Shown in pieces: positions 61,659 through 64,000 of a stretch of DNA of 64,000 nt. Under the pieces are notes generated by a model that saw only the letters and a list, made by a program, of their open reading frames with translations, was not told the origin of the DNA and made no database searches. The DNA is taken from contig CBFHKU010000007.1 of the NCBI GenBank assembly GCA_965656495.1, forward strand, positions 2,781 to 66,780, given 5' to 3'. Origin of the DNA: Coraliomargaritaceae bacterium (GTDB lineage Bacteria; Verrucomicrobiota; Verrucomicrobiia; Opitutales; Coraliomargaritaceae). The number at the start of each line of letters is the position of its first letter. Position 1 is the stretch's first letter. Position numbers and translations under genes: made by a program.

Positions 61659-64000
61659 TTATTTCAAAAAGGATCGCGCATTTTGGAAAAGCTTCAGCCA
61701 AGGGCCGGCTTCACCGGAAAACTGTCCTTCGGGACAATAACTCATCTGTACCGAGCGGAAACAACGCTCCGGATGGGGCATCATGATCGTGACGCGACCA
61801 TCGGGTGTTGTAAAAGCGGTTGCTCCTTCAGGTGACCCATTTGGATTGGCGGGGTAGTGCTCCGCCGCTTGACCACTGCCATCGATGTAACGCATGGCGA
61901 TCAATTCCTTGTTTCGGCAATTTTCAAAGTTACCAGTCTTTGAGAAATCCGCACGCCCTTCGCCGTGTGCCACCGGAATCGGCAAGAGAGAACCCGACAT
62001 CCCGGAAAGGAAAAGACTCGGCGAATCGACGACCGCGACGTTGGAGTAACGGGCTTCGAATTGCTCTGAGCGATTGCGGGAAAATTGCGGCCAGTCCTCC
62101 GCGCCGGGAATGATGTCCTTGAGTTGCGCGAGCATTTGGCAGCCATTGCAAACCCCCAGGCTAAAACTATCGGGTCGTGCGAAGAAGGCCGCAAATTGAT
62201 CCTTGAGGCTTGCGTTGTAGCGTATGGACTTTGCCCAGCCGGAGCCAGCGCCCAGCACATCCCCATAAGAAAAACCGCCGCAGGCGACGAGACCGGCAAA
62301 GCGATCCAGACGCGCGTTGCCGTTGAGCAGGTCGGTCATATGCAGATCCACTGCTTCAAAGCCCGCTCGATCAAAGGCGAATGCCATTTCGTTTTGGCCG
62401 TTGGTGCCCTGTTCGCGCAGAATTGCCATGCGGGGCCTGGAACCTGTGATATTAAATCGCGCCAGATGGGCGGCGCGATCTTCCTCGGGATCGTAGGACG
62501 GTTTCACGAGGAGACCACCATCGGAAGTATCGAGAAGGGCATCAAAGGCCTCTTGGGCACAGTCCGGATTGTCGCGTTTTGCCTGCATGCGGTAGCTGAG
62601 TTCAGACCATGCGCGATTGAGCTCAGGCAGTGGTTTCGAGAAAACCTCGGCGTCGGCTAAATGAATGGCAACGATTTGGGACTCCGTGCTGTGCCCGATG
62701 TGATGGCTTACACCCGTCAGTCCATGTGCTTCCAGGATGGATTGAACCGCTGCGAGTTCACTCTCCGCAACTTCGATCACGGCTCCCAATTCCTCCGCAA
62801 AGAGCGGCGCGAGTAACTCGCTTTGCTCACCCGAGGGAACGAGGGAATCGAGTGCCAATTTTAAACCTTTGCGTCCGGCAAAAGCCATCTCGGTCACCGT
62901 TGCGAGCAGTCCTCCGTCTGAGCGGTCGTGATAGGACAATAATTTTTCCTGCGCCATCATGGCTTGCATGGCGTCAAAGAAACGTCGGAAGAGGGCAGGG
63001 TCATCGAGATCGGGTACCGCATCGCCGAGTTGATTATAGACTTGTGCCAACGCGCTGCCCCCCAGTCGGTTTTTGCCACCGCCGAGGTCGATTAAGAGCA
63101 GATGGCTGGTAATCGATTTGAGATTCGGGGTGAGAGTCAGGCGCACATCCTGAACGGGAGAGAAGCCCGTAACGAGCAAGCTCAGCGGTGAAACTTGTTT
63201 ATGGGAAAGGCCCTTGCTGTCCTGCCAGGAACTGCGCATCGACATGGAATCCTTACCGACCGGGATGCAAATGCCCAGCGCGGGACACAATTCCATCCCC
63301 ACTGCCTTGACGGTGTCGTAGAGATTGGCGTCTTCGCCGCCTTCGCCCGCCGCGACCATCCAGTTCGCAGAAAGCTTGATGTTTCCGATGGCGCCGACAT
63401 TCGCAGCGGCGAGGTTGGTCAAGCATTCACCGATCGCGATCCGCCCGGAAGCGGGAGCATTGAGCGCGGCGATGGGAGTGCGCTCGCCCATTGCCATGGC
63501 TTCTCCCTGATAGCTGTCCATCGAGGCAGTGGTCACCGCAACGTCGGCAACCGGAGTCTGCCAGGGGCCCACCATCTGGTCGCGACTGACCATCCCGGTG
63601 ATACTGCGGTCCGTGATCGTAATGAGGAAGGTTTTGTCGGCGACTGCGGGGAAACGCAAAACCCGGTCAATGGCGTCATTGAGATCGATGCCCTGTTCGT
63701 CTAAAGTGTGACTTGCGACGGGCTGGCGATTGACCTCGCGGAGGAGCTTAGGCGTCTTCCCGAGCAAGACATCCATTGGTAGATTGATCGGGGTATTTTT
63801 AAAATGAGCATCATGTAGGGTGAGCTGACCGTCATCGGTTGCCTCGCCAACCACCGCAAAGGGGCAGCGTTCGCGTTGGCAAAGGGATTCAAAGTCGGGG
63901 AGCCGGTCGGCATTGACCGCGAGGACGTAACGTTCCTGCGATTCATTGCACCAAATTTCCATGGGGCTCATGCTGCGGTCTTCGTTGTGGATGGCACGCA
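61659..64000 (-). CDS. purL: Phosphoribosylformylglycinamidine synthase, large fused type (5' end outside window)
   Basis: [46 protein letters not shown]. Confidence 0.95.
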   Translation of the reverse strand, partial: RAIHNEDRSMSPMEIWCNESQERYVLAVNADRLPDFESLCQRERCPFAVVGEATDDGQLTLHDAHFKNTPINLPMDVLLGKTPKLLREVNRQPVASHTLDEQGIDLNDAIDRVLRFPAVADKTFLITITDRSITGMVSRDQMVGPWQTPVADVAVTTASMDSYQGEAMAMGERTPIAALNAPASGRIAIGECLTNLAAANVGAIGNIKLSANWMVAAGEGGEDANLYDTVKAVGMELCPALGICIPVGKDSMSMRSSWQDSKGLSHKQVSPLSLLVTGFSPVQDVRLTLTPNLKSITSHLLLIDLGGGKNRLGGSALAQVYNQLGDAVPDLDDPALFRRFFDAMQAMMAQEKLLSYHDRSDGGLLATVTEMAFAGRKGLKLALDSLVPSGEQSELLAPLFAEELGAVIEVAESELAAVQSILEAHGLTGVSHHIGHSTESQIVAIHLADAEVFSKPLPELNRAWSELSYRMQAKRDNPDCAQEAFDALLDTSDGGLLVKPSYDPEEDRAAHLARFNITGSRPRMAILREQGTNGQNEMAFAFDRAGFEAVDLHMTDLLNGNARLDRFAGLVACGGFSYGDVLGAGSGWAKSIRYNASLKDQFAAFFARPDSFSLGVCNGCQMLAQLKDIIPGAEDWPQFSRNRSEQFEARYSNVAVVDSPSLFLSGMSGSLLPIPVAHGEGRADFSKTGNFENCRNKELIAMRYIDGSGQAAEHYPANPNGSPEGATAFTTPDGRVTIMMPHPERCFRSVQMSYCPEGQFSGEAGPWLKLFQNARSFLK

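Overview
Bacterial chromosomal window. The core is GC-rich, and gene content and sequence style suggest Verrucomicrobiota, probably Opitutales (inference only). The housekeeping backbone is menF, pntAB, acs-actP, hisF, ilvE, mcsA-mcsB-clpC, hflX, serC, topB, lpxK, rsmJ, engB, nrdJ and purL. Three AT-richer accessory zones interrupt it. (1) 6.7-20.4 kb, at the 3' end of menF: a 9.4-kb island bounded by a 74-bp duplication of the menF 3' end. It holds decayed BREX pglX and pglZ stubs around intact GmrSD and Lamassu genes, plus a YjjJ/HipA kinase. It is followed by an integrase-less array of attC-bounded gene cassettes, and three copies of the 3' tail of one lost gene, which is not intI, lie divergent to the cargo blocks. 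(2) 23.4-26.4 kb, at tRNA-Asn: a GIY-YIG pseudogene between the tRNA and a palindrome-disrupted tRNA copy. Next come a Pc-like promoter, an attI-like site, a cassette with a C5 methyltransferase and GIY-YIG nuclease, and a cassette with an orphan antitoxin. (3) 44.5-46.1 kb, at tRNA-His: tRNA-linked repeats around a putative ADP-ribosyltransferase-fold toxin and a small partner gene. No intI, integrase or intact transposase was recognised anywhere in the window. All family assignments come from motif recognition by eye; no database searches were run.
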